Virus record (IMG/VR): IMGVR_UViG_3300037541_000148
Span: 1-28,093 of that record
DNA from: a virus
Taxonomy: Duplodnaviria; Caudoviricetes
Direction: 5' to 3' (one strand)
Length of the DNA stretch: 28,093 nt
A model generated the notes under the pieces. The model was not told the origin of the DNA. It saw nothing but the letters and a program-made list of their open reading frames with translations, and did no database searches. Positions within the stretch are counted from its first letter, which is position 1; each line of letters opens with the position of its first letter. This document shows, piece after piece, positions 1 to 7,202 of the stretch. The position numbers and the translations under genes were made by a program.

Positions 1-795
1 GGGACTGCAAATACAGGCGGTGGTGGTGGGGGTGGCGGAACAGCGGGAGGCACAGGCGGCTCCGGTATCGTCATCCTAAGATACCGTCAATCATTCACTG
101 CAAGCCTTTTTGTTTTTGGCGGAACAACCTCTTGGACTGCTCCCACAGGTGCAACATCGGTGGATTATTTGGTGGTTGCTGGCGGAGGCGGTGGTGGGAA
201 TTGGGTATCGGCCTCGCATTATGGGGGTGGTGGTGGTGCCGGAGGATTTAGAACTGGAACCGGATTAAGTGTTTCGGCTGGTACGTCATATACCGTCACG
301 GTAGGCGCAGGTGGTGCTGGTGGTACATCGGGGTCGGGAACCAAAGGTTCAAATTCAGTATTCAGCTCTATTACTTCTACTGGTGGTGGAAGCGGTGGTT
401 CAAATTCTACTGGAGGCAATGGCGGTTCTGGGGGTGGTGGCAGCAAAAATACTAATGCTGGTGGGACAGGAAATGAAGGTGGTTTTACTCCGGCAGAAGG
501 AACGAATGGTGGTGCTGCGCCAGGAAGCGTTTCTGCTGGTGGTGGCGGCGGCGCAAGTCAAGCAGGTAATTCAAACGGGAATGGTGGTAACGGAACCGCA
601 TCGTCAATTTCTGGATCATCAGTAACTTATGCTGGCGGTGGCGCCGCAGGTTCTAATCCTAACGGTGGCACCGGTGGCGGGGGCGCGAGCAATACTGCTG
701 GGACTGCTAACACTGGTGGCGGTGGCGGTGGTGGGGACAGTCAAACTGGCAAAACAGGCGGCTCCGGTATCGTAATCATCAAAGTTAACTACTAA
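1..795 (+). CDS. Glycine-rich tail fibre / receptor-binding protein, C-terminal part (5' truncated by window edge)
   Basis: The frame of ORF 160..795 is open back to base 1 (GTANTGGGGGGGGTAGGTGGSGIVILRY...SWTAPTGATSVDYLVVAGGGGGG). The module DYLVVAGGGGGG...YTVTVGAGG...GTANTGGGGGG...GGSGIVII is typical of phage Gly-rich fibre domains, and its end occurs twice (near 1-84 and 700-792). Confidence 0.8.
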   Translation, partial: GTANTGGGGGGGGTAGGTGGSGIVILRYRQSFTASLFVFGGTTSWTAPTGATSVDYLVVAGGGGGGNWVSASHYGGGGGAGGFRTGTGLSVSAGTSYTVTVGAGGAGGTSGSGTKGSNSVFSSITSTGGGSGGSNSTGGNGGSGGGGSKNTNAGGTGNEGGFTPAEGTNGGAAPGSVSAGGGGGASQAGNSNGNGGNGTASSISGSSVTYAGGGAAGSNPNGGTGGGGASNTAGTANTGGGGGGGDSQTGKTGGSGIVIIKVNY

Positions 796-804
796 GAGGT
801 AAAT

Positions 805-1050
805 ATGTATCGTTACTACGGCATTGACGTAGCCATGCAAATGCTTCGCCCAGGCGCTAAATGGGAGTGGACATCTGGTGTTGGGTTTACACGCTGGGAC
901 GATCCAAGACCATGCCCGTCATGGGAAGAAGTTGAATTTGTAATGCAGAAGATCAAAGAGCTGGAAGACGCCGTGCCGACGATGTACTTGCCTGAGCAGC
1001 AAGCCAAGATTGATGAAGAACGCGCTATGTTTGAGAAGGCGGCTGCATGA
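805..1050 (+). CDS. Small tail-fibre-associated protein (XkdW-like, tentative)
   Basis: 81 aa, RBS GAGG upstream, directly follows the fibre gene. The LRPGAKW...W.D.RP.PSWEE pattern resembles small fibre-associated proteins. Confidence 0.55.
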   Translation: MYRYYGIDVAMQMLRPGAKWEWTSGVGFTRWDDPRPCPSWEEVEFVMQKIKELEDAVPTMYLPEQQAKIDEERAMFEKAAA

Positions 1051-1649
1051 ACCTGCATGGACTCTTTGCACAACCCGTTGGGTTCTTTGACCTTGGGCGT
1101 GAGCTAACCGAGGAAGAGAAGTTCTTCCTTATGGAACTTGAACAGAGATCCAATACAGGCAACCGCACCTCGGTCAATAACTTCGTCCTTAAAAGCCCTG
1201 TGATGACAAGTCTTAGGTCATGGATGGAAGATTCGGTGGCTGAGTATTTCAAAGCCACAACCAATCCTAAGCATGATGTCACGCTAAGGCTCACGCAAAG
1301 CTGGGTCAATTACTCAGAACCGGGGCAGTATCACCACAAACACGCACATCCCAACTCTTTTGTATCAGGCGTGTTCTACATTCAGACCAACCCAAACGAC
1401 AAGATCTATTTTTATCGGGATGGTTGGCAGCAGATTAAATTGCCCCCGGCAGAGTGGAACGCATGGAATAGCGAGTCTTGGTGGTTTGAAGCTATTACAG
1501 GGCGATTGATTCTTTTCCCATCAAGCCTGACGCACATGGTGCCGACTGTAGAGGGTGAGGATGTACGGGTTAGCTTGAGTTTTAACACCTTCCCGCTAGG
1601 TACAGTTGGCGAGGAAATGGATTTAACTGGACTGAAACTGGAGGCGTAA
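1047..1649 (+). CDS. 2OG-Fe(II) oxygenase-like protein, TIGR02466 family
   Basis: Motifs SWVN...HHKHAHPNSFVSGVFY, GRLILFPSSLTHMV and RVSLSFN. ATGA overlap with the upstream gene. Confidence 0.85.
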   Translation: MNLHGLFAQPVGFFDLGRELTEEEKFFLMELEQRSNTGNRTSVNNFVLKSPVMTSLRSWMEDSVAEYFKATTNPKHDVTLRLTQSWVNYSEPGQYHHKHAHPNSFVSGVFYIQTNPNDKIYFYRDGWQQIKLPPAEWNAWNSESWWFEAITGRLILFPSSLTHMVPTVEGEDVRVSLSFNTFPLGTVGEEMDLTGLKLEA

Positions 1650-2113
1650 TGGTTACTCAAGAACGCCTAAAAGAGCTGTTTGAGTATCGTGATGGGTTTC
1701 TGTATGCAAAGCAAGGCTATCAACCAAAATTTACGCCAATTACAAATCATCATAGATACATACGAATGAAAGTAGAGGGTGTGGTGTATCCATTGCACAG
1801 ATTGATATTTATGTACCACCACGGATATGTGCCAAAAATTATTGACCACATTAACAATGATAGGGCAGACAATAAGATTGAAAATCTTCGGGGGGCAACG
1901 CAACAACAAAATTGCTTAAATAGAAAAATTCATAAAAACAACACCAGTGGCGTTAAAAATGTTAGATGGGACAAGAAGTGTCAAAAATGGGTTGTTGAAA
2001 TGTCTGTTAACAGAAAACGCACGTTTTTTGGCTGGCATGATGATTTAGAGTTTGCCGAGCTAGTTGCTATTGAAGCTCGGGATAAATTTCACGGTTCTTT
2101 TGCAAGAGGTTAA
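1649..2113 (+). CDS. HNH homing endonuclease with C-terminal AP2-like DNA-binding domain
   Basis: N-terminal TQERLKELFEY; HRLIF...IDHINNDRADNKIENLR..T..QN (HNH_3 type); then NNTSGVKNV.W...KW...AR.KFHG.FA. Visibly more AT-rich than its neighbours. Confidence 0.9.
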   Translation: MVTQERLKELFEYRDGFLYAKQGYQPKFTPITNHHRYIRMKVEGVVYPLHRLIFMYHHGYVPKIIDHINNDRADNKIENLRGATQQQNCLNRKIHKNNTSGVKNVRWDKKCQKWVVEMSVNRKRTFFGWHDDLEFAELVAIEARDKFHGSFARG

Positions 2114-2115
2114 CG

Positions 2116-2484
2116 ATGGGACATTACGCGAAAATTGATGAAAACAATGTTGTTACACAAGTCGTAGTTGTGGACAACCGAGATATGGCTGACGCTAGCG
2201 GTGTGGAGAAAGAACACATTGGCGCAGCTCATTTGGAAAAAATCCTTGGCGGCACATGGAAGCAGACGAGCTATAACGGCAACATCAGAAAAAATTATGC
2301 CGGGATTGGTTACACCTACAGATCAGACATTGATGCTTTCGTAGCACCGAAACCTTTTGCGTCATGGATTCTGAACGCTAATGCACAGTGGGAAGCCCCT
2401 GTTGCGATGCCGACCGACGGTCAGATGTACTCATGGGATGAAGCGACCACTTCGTGGAAAGTCAATGAACCCGCTCAAGCTTGA
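2116..2484 (+). CDS. Conserved phage hypothetical protein associated with Gly-rich tail fibres
   Basis: MGHYAKIDENNVVTQVVVV...WKQTSYNGNIRKNYAGIGYTY...DAF..PKPFASW...WEAPVAMP...Y.WDE....W is a pattern recurrent beside Gly-rich fibre genes. Confidence 0.75.
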   Translation: MGHYAKIDENNVVTQVVVVDNRDMADASGVEKEHIGAAHLEKILGGTWKQTSYNGNIRKNYAGIGYTYRSDIDAFVAPKPFASWILNANAQWEAPVAMPTDGQMYSWDEATTSWKVNEPAQA

Positions 2485-2623
2485 TCTCACACTTGATGAA
2501 GTCAACACGGTATTAGATGCGCTGGGGAATCTGCCCTATAAGCAAATAGCACCGTTGTTTGAGAAGATCAAATCCCAGGCTGTAGCGCAGTTGCAGCCAG
2601 AGGAACCCAAGGCTGAGATGTAA
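2465..2623 (+). CDS. Small hypothetical phage protein (52 aa)
   Basis: In-frame ATG at 2465 of track ORF 2381..2623 gives MNPLKLDLTLDEVNTVLDALGNLPYKQIAPLFEKIKSQAVAQ; this start avoids a long overlap with the previous gene. Confidence 0.7.
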   Translation: MNPLKLDLTLDEVNTVLDALGNLPYKQIAPLFEKIKSQAVAQLQPEEPKAEM

Positions 2624-2625
2624 TC

Positions 2626-2898
2626 ATGGCGTGGTCAGATGTTCTTAAAGCGGTTATACCCATCGTAGTCGCGGCGCTTGCGTGGCTGCTTGGACAGGTC
2701 GCATCCTTTTCAGAACGTCTCACCAAAATCGAGGGCCAGATGCCTGCCCTGATCACCAAGGAAGGTACGCCAACTGATAGCCCGATCAGTGCAGAGCGAC
2801 GCGCTATTCAGAAAGAGCAGTTGATGACACACATCAACGAATTGCAGGTCAAAGTACGGCTGCTTGAGGAGCGGGAGCGAATCAAGGGAGGTAAGTAA
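2626..2898 (+). CDS. Membrane protein with N-terminal TM helix and coiled coil (lysis-cassette candidate)
   Basis: Hydrophobic AVIPIVVAALAWLLG followed by heptad-like segments; immediately upstream of the holin-like gene. Confidence 0.6.
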   Translation: MAWSDVLKAVIPIVVAALAWLLGQVASFSERLTKIEGQMPALITKEGTPTDSPISAERRAIQKEQLMTHINELQVKVRLLEERERIKGGK

Positions 2899-3383
2899 TG
2901 TTTGAACTACTTGGCGGTGGTCTCCTTGGTTCCATATTCGGCGGTCTGTTCAGGCTTGCTCCTGAAGTCCTTAAATTCCTCGATAAGAAGAACGAACGCC
3001 AGCACGAGCTATCCATGTTCCAACTCCAGACTGACCTCGAAAAAATGAGGGGTGAGTTCAAGATGGAGGAGAAGTATGTTGACTACTCGATACAGCAAAT
3101 GGATACGATTAAGGAAGCATTTAAGGAACAGGCTGAAACGGCTAAAGCAGCGGGTTGGTTTATGTCGTTTATTTCAGCTTCAGTGCGTCCCGGCGTAACG
3201 TGGTTTCTGTTCTTTATGTACGCAGGTGTTAAGGCAGCGGCTTTGTTTATTGCGTTTCAAACCAATGCGAATTGGGCCGAAGTGCTTATTAAAACGTGGG
3301 ATGAAGATGATTTTGGGATGCTGTCTATGGTGCTGTCATTTTACTTTGTTGGCAGAAGCGTAGAGAAGTACCACAAGCAATGA
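2898..3383 (+). CDS. Putative holin (multi-TM membrane protein)
   Basis: Hydrophobic N-terminus, coiled region, SVRPGVTW followed by a TM helix, second TM helix ending FYFVGRS with a basic tail; located in the lysis cassette. Confidence 0.6.
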   Translation: MFELLGGGLLGSIFGGLFRLAPEVLKFLDKKNERQHELSMFQLQTDLEKMRGEFKMEEKYVDYSIQQMDTIKEAFKEQAETAKAAGWFMSFISASVRPGVTWFLFFMYAGVKAAALFIAFQTNANWAEVLIKTWDEDDFGMLSMVLSFYFVGRSVEKYHKQ

Positions 3384-3946
3384 AAACCTGTAGCCGTTGC
3401 AAAATAACGAAAGCCTTTGAAAGTTTTTCCTTTTGCCGTGCCAATAAAGACGGCTACCAAGGGTGGTGTCAGGCATGTGTAAACGAAGGACGACGCAAAC
3501 CGCAAGAGTCGCCGGAGGTTATTGAGCAACGAAGGGCAGAGCAAAGACGCATAAAACTAGAGAAAAAACGCGCTTATTATTTGGCAAACAAAGAGCTACA
3601 TAGTGCAAACATGGCTGCGAATTACCAAAAGAATAAAGATGCGGTAAAGCAGCGCATAGCTGAATATAAGAAAGAAAACTCCGCTAAGGTAAACGCTAAT
3701 TGTATGAAGCGTCACGCACAAAAACTGAACGCGACACCGACTTGGCTATCTGAAGATGACCATTGGATGATTGAAGAGGCTTATGAACTAGCCAAACTCA
3801 GGACCAAGCTGTTTGGATTTGTATGGCATGTTGACCATATCATTCCGCTTAAAGGTAAGACGGTGTCAGGTCTTCATGTACCAAATAATCTGCAAGTAAT
3901 ACCTGCGTCAGTAAACTGCTCAAAGCGCAACAGAGTTGACGCATGA
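3380..3946 (+). CDS. HNH endonuclease with N-terminal Cys-rich zinc finger
   Basis: KTCSRC...WCQAC at the N-terminus; ATPTWL...WHVDHIIPLKGKTVSGLHVPNNLQVI....N.SK.N at the C-terminus; ATGA overlaps at both ends. Confidence 0.9.
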   Translation: MKTCSRCKITKAFESFSFCRANKDGYQGWCQACVNEGRRKPQESPEVIEQRRAEQRRIKLEKKRAYYLANKELHSANMAANYQKNKDAVKQRIAEYKKENSAKVNANCMKRHAQKLNATPTWLSEDDHWMIEEAYELAKLRTKLFGFVWHVDHIIPLKGKTVSGLHVPNNLQVIPASVNCSKRNRVDA

Positions 3947-4410
3947 ATGAGGCCAAAAAGCTTTGCAAGGATGTACTTATCAAACCCTTTGAAGGGTTGG
4001 CAAAGCGTTTGCCTGACGGACGAGTAACTGCTTATCCTGATCCCGGAACCCGTGGGCATCCTTGGACGATTGGTTGGGGGGCGACAGGGCCAGAGATTCA
4101 GCCGGGAACTATCTGGACGATGCAGCAGTGTGAAGATGCGCTTGACCATCACGTTGAGTATTTTGTCCGTGGCTTGTTTAAACTCTCTCCTAAGTTAGCA
4201 AACGCTTTTCCACGCCGCATTGCCGCAGTGACAAGCTGGGCATACAATTGTGGCTTAGGGAACTATCGGGTTTCCACGTTCAAGAAGCGTATTGATGCGG
4301 GGGATTGGGATGGTGCAGCCGATCAATGTATGTTGTGGAATAAAGCTGCCGGAAGAGTTCTCCCCGGACTTACCCGCCGCCGTGCGGCTGAAGCTGCGTT
4401 GATGAGGTGA
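3943..4410 (+). CDS. Endolysin, GH24 phage lysozyme (muramidase)
   Basis: FEG...AYPDPGT.GHPWTIGWGAT catalytic-type region, S.AYN.G, and W..A.G..LPGL.RRR.AE C-terminal motif. Confidence 0.92.
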   Translation: MNEAKKLCKDVLIKPFEGLAKRLPDGRVTAYPDPGTRGHPWTIGWGATGPEIQPGTIWTMQQCEDALDHHVEYFVRGLFKLSPKLANAFPRRIAAVTSWAYNCGLGNYRVSTFKKRIDAGDWDGAADQCMLWNKAAGRVLPGLTRRRAAEAALMR

Positions 4411-4413
4411 GCC

Positions 4414-6561
4414 GTGCCACTGTCCAAAATACTATACCGCCCTGGTGTAAATAAAGAGAACACTCGTTATACTTCTGAGAACGGTTGGTATGTCTCTGAC
4501 AAGGTTCGTTTCCGCCAAGGCACGCCTGAAAAGATAGGCGGCTGGTTACGCATCTCACAGGCCACATTTCTTGGTGTCTGCCGATCCTTGTGGAACTGGG
4601 TAACGCTTTCCAATTCTAACCTTCTTGGCGTAGGAACCAACCTCAAGTATTACATTGAGCAGGGTGGTGCTTATTCCGACATCACTCCCATACGTTTAAC
4701 CCAATCAGTCACTTTTGCTGCGGTTACTGCCTCTCCTTTTTCCTCCACCATCACGGTTACATCGGCTAACCACGGTGCAATCACTGGGGATTTTGTCACC
4801 TTCTCAGGGGCGGTGAGTCTTGGTGGAAACATCACTGCGGCGGTACTTAATCAGCAGTATCAAATAGATTCTGTACCTACAGTAAATACCTTTACCTTTA
4901 CTGCCAAGAATCCAAGCACGGGTGCAACTGTTACTTCCAATGCTTCGGATGTTGGTAATGGTGGTGCATCTTCGGTCGGTGCTTTCCAAGTTAATACCGG
5001 TCCAGGTGTTGCTCAGGTTCCCCTTATTGGATGGGGTGGTGGCGCATGGGGTGGTGGGTCATGGGGTGTTACACCTACAGTCACTGATCCGTTACGGATA
5101 TGGAATGCTAATAACTGGGGTGAAGATTTAGTATTCGGCCCAAGAGCTGCTGGGCTTTACTATTGGGATGCTACGGGTGGTTTGTCCTCAAGAGGCGTTG
5201 CTTTAAACAGTCTTGGGGGTACTGTAACTATTACGATTGCATCACCTGGGGTGGTCACATTTACCGTGGCGCTTGTAGAGGGTACAGCCGTATCGTTTAC
5301 AACAACGGGTGCTTTGCCGACTGGTTTATCGGTAGGTACAACATACTACTTGCGTAATGTATCTGGATTGACGGCAAACCTTTCGTCAACGCCAACCGGT
5401 TCAGTGATAACAACAAGCGGCACACAATCAGGTGTGCATTCGATGATTCTGGAAGATGTTCCAGATATTCAATACTCTTTGATTGTGTCGGATGCTTATC
5501 GGTATTTATTAGTCTTTGGATGCAACCCAATAGATTCTGCTGTTGCAGACCCAATGCTTATAAGATGGTGTAGCCAAGAGTCGTTGGTAGATTGGAATCC
5601 AGCGGCAACCAATACGGCAGGGTCATTAAGATTGTCTCGTGGATCTCAAATCATTACGGTCCAACAACAAAGACAAGAAATACTTGCATGGACTGATTCG
5701 GCTTTATTCTCTATTCAATTTCTTGGCGCACCTTTGGTATGGGGTTCGCAGATTCTTGCGGACAATATTTCTATCGCTGGGCCAAACGCTGTTGCAGTAG
5801 CTTCAAGTAAAACCTATTGGATGGGTATAGATAAGTTCTACATCTACGATGGGGTTGTAAAAACACTGAACTGTGACCTACGCAGGTATATCTTTAATGA
5901 TATAAATCTGTATCAAAACTTCCAAATATTCGCTGGTACAAACGAAGGCTTCAACGAAATTTGGTGGTTCTATTGTTCAGAGAGTTCGTCCACTATAGAC
6001 CGTTATGTCGTATTTAACTACGCTGAGAATAATGGTCAAGGCGTTTGGTACTACGGCACGATGGCTCGAACTGCTTGGAGTGATTCAGGTTTGAGACAGT
6101 ACCCTCAAGCAGCTACATACAGTAATAACATCGTAGACCACGAACGTGGTGTTGACGATAATGTATCGGGTACGCCTGCGGCTATCAACGCGTATATTGA
6201 ATCAGCAGAGTTTGATATCCAAGATGGTCATAATCTTGGATATGTTTATAGAGTCCTCCCAGATATTACATTTGATGGGTCAGAGACGGCTTCTCCCGCT
6301 GTCACCATGACGCTGATCCCTATGATGAACTCAGGATCTGGATACAACAATCCTCAGTCTAATAGTGGATCTTCTTCAGCATCAGTGGTGCGTACATCAA
6401 CCACTACGATTGAGCAGTTCACGGGCCAGGTTTATGTCCGCGTACGTGGACGTCAAATGATCTTTAAGGTTGAGTCCAATCAGCTTGGATGTACATGGCA
6501 GTTAGGTGCGCCAAGGATAGACATCAGACAAGATGGTCGGGCTACAGGTCAAGGCGCATGA
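4414..6561 (+). CDS. Tail structural protein, probable nozzle / packaged-DNA stabilisation protein with inserted beta-rich modules
   Basis: 715 aa, GTG start, beta-rich. N-terminal RPGVNKENTRY..E.GW...DKVRFR.G.PEKIGGW and C-terminal VRVRGRQ...W.LG.PRIDIR.DGR are typical of podovirus-like tail genes; it precedes the ejection-protein cluster. Confidence 0.7.
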   Translation: MPLSKILYRPGVNKENTRYTSENGWYVSDKVRFRQGTPEKIGGWLRISQATFLGVCRSLWNWVTLSNSNLLGVGTNLKYYIEQGGAYSDITPIRLTQSVTFAAVTASPFSSTITVTSANHGAITGDFVTFSGAVSLGGNITAAVLNQQYQIDSVPTVNTFTFTAKNPSTGATVTSNASDVGNGGASSVGAFQVNTGPGVAQVPLIGWGGGAWGGGSWGVTPTVTDPLRIWNANNWGEDLVFGPRAAGLYYWDATGGLSSRGVALNSLGGTVTITIASPGVVTFTVALVEGTAVSFTTTGALPTGLSVGTTYYLRNVSGLTANLSSTPTGSVITTSGTQSGVHSMILEDVPDIQYSLIVSDAYRYLLVFGCNPIDSAVADPMLIRWCSQESLVDWNPAATNTAGSLRLSRGSQIITVQQQRQEILAWTDSALFSIQFLGAPLVWGSQILADNISIAGPNAVAVASSKTYWMGIDKFYIYDGVVKTLNCDLRRYIFNDINLYQNFQIFAGTNEGFNEIWWFYCSESSSTIDRYVVFNYAENNGQGVWYYGTMARTAWSDSGLRQYPQAATYSNNIVDHERGVDDNVSGTPAAINAYIESAEFDIQDGHNLGYVYRVLPDITFDGSETASPAVTMTLIPMMNSGSGYNNPQSNSGSSSASVVRTSTTTIEQFTGQVYVRVRGRQMIFKVESNQLGCTWQLGAPRIDIRQDGRATGQGA

Positions 6562-7199
6562 CACTACGTTTAGACAGTCCTGCTGCACCTAATTTACCTC
6601 AAGGTGTAGAAAGTTATTCTAAGGTTTATCAAGACCAGTTGAATAATGTCTTGAGACTTTACTTTAACAGGCTTGAGAATATAACAAGAAGCTTGCTTGG
6701 GCCAGACGGCGGAAGGTTTATGAGTAACCCGTTTGGTGCTTGGTCAAGCGATTCGGATCAAGCTGCGGTTAGTACAACAGCAGCGTACGCAATTACTTAT
6801 GACGTAACTGATGTTGCAGATAGTGTTTATTTGCAAGGCAATTCTAAATTGACGGTTACTTATCCTGGTGTTTATAACTTACAGTTCAGTATTCAGTTTA
6901 ACAATACAGATACGCAGATACACGATGTAGACGTATGGGCTGCTATTAACGGCACCAACTTATCAAATAGTAACTCGAGTTTTTCAGTGCCAAACAGGCA
7001 TGGTGGCGTCGATGGACATTTAATAGCATCGTTAAATTTATTCCTTACGATGCAAACAGATGACTATGTTGAACTTTACTGGGCAACAACAAATACTAGT
7101 GTGACAATAGAACACCTACCAGCGGCTGCATCACCGACCCGACCAGCTACGCCTTCTGTTATAGCAACGATGGCTTTTGTCTCATCAATACCGGCATAA
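6558..7199 (+). CDS. Virion structural protein with short N-terminal helix and C-terminal jelly-roll-like domain (tail needle/knob candidate)
   Basis: ATG at 6558 overlaps the upstream stop (ATGA). APNLP...Y...YQDQLNNVLRLYFNRL helix, then GVYNLQFSIQ...DYVELYW beta pattern resembling C1q/BclA-like folds. Confidence 0.6.
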   Translation: MTLRLDSPAAPNLPQGVESYSKVYQDQLNNVLRLYFNRLENITRSLLGPDGGRFMSNPFGAWSSDSDQAAVSTTAAYAITYDVTDVADSVYLQGNSKLTVTYPGVYNLQFSIQFNNTDTQIHDVDVWAAINGTNLSNSNSSFSVPNRHGGVDGHLIASLNLFLTMQTDDYVELYWATTNTSVTIEHLPAAASPTRPATPSVIATMAFVSSIPA

Positions 7200-7202
7200 A
7201 TC

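Noticed and set aside
219-446. Pro-rich minus-strand ORF
   Set aside because: Antisense shadow of the Gly-rich fibre gene.
2626-2898. Assignment as an i-spanin
   Set aside because: The TM plus coiled-coil layout is compatible, but I found no partner lipoprotein ORF with a lipobox, so it is left as a generic membrane protein.
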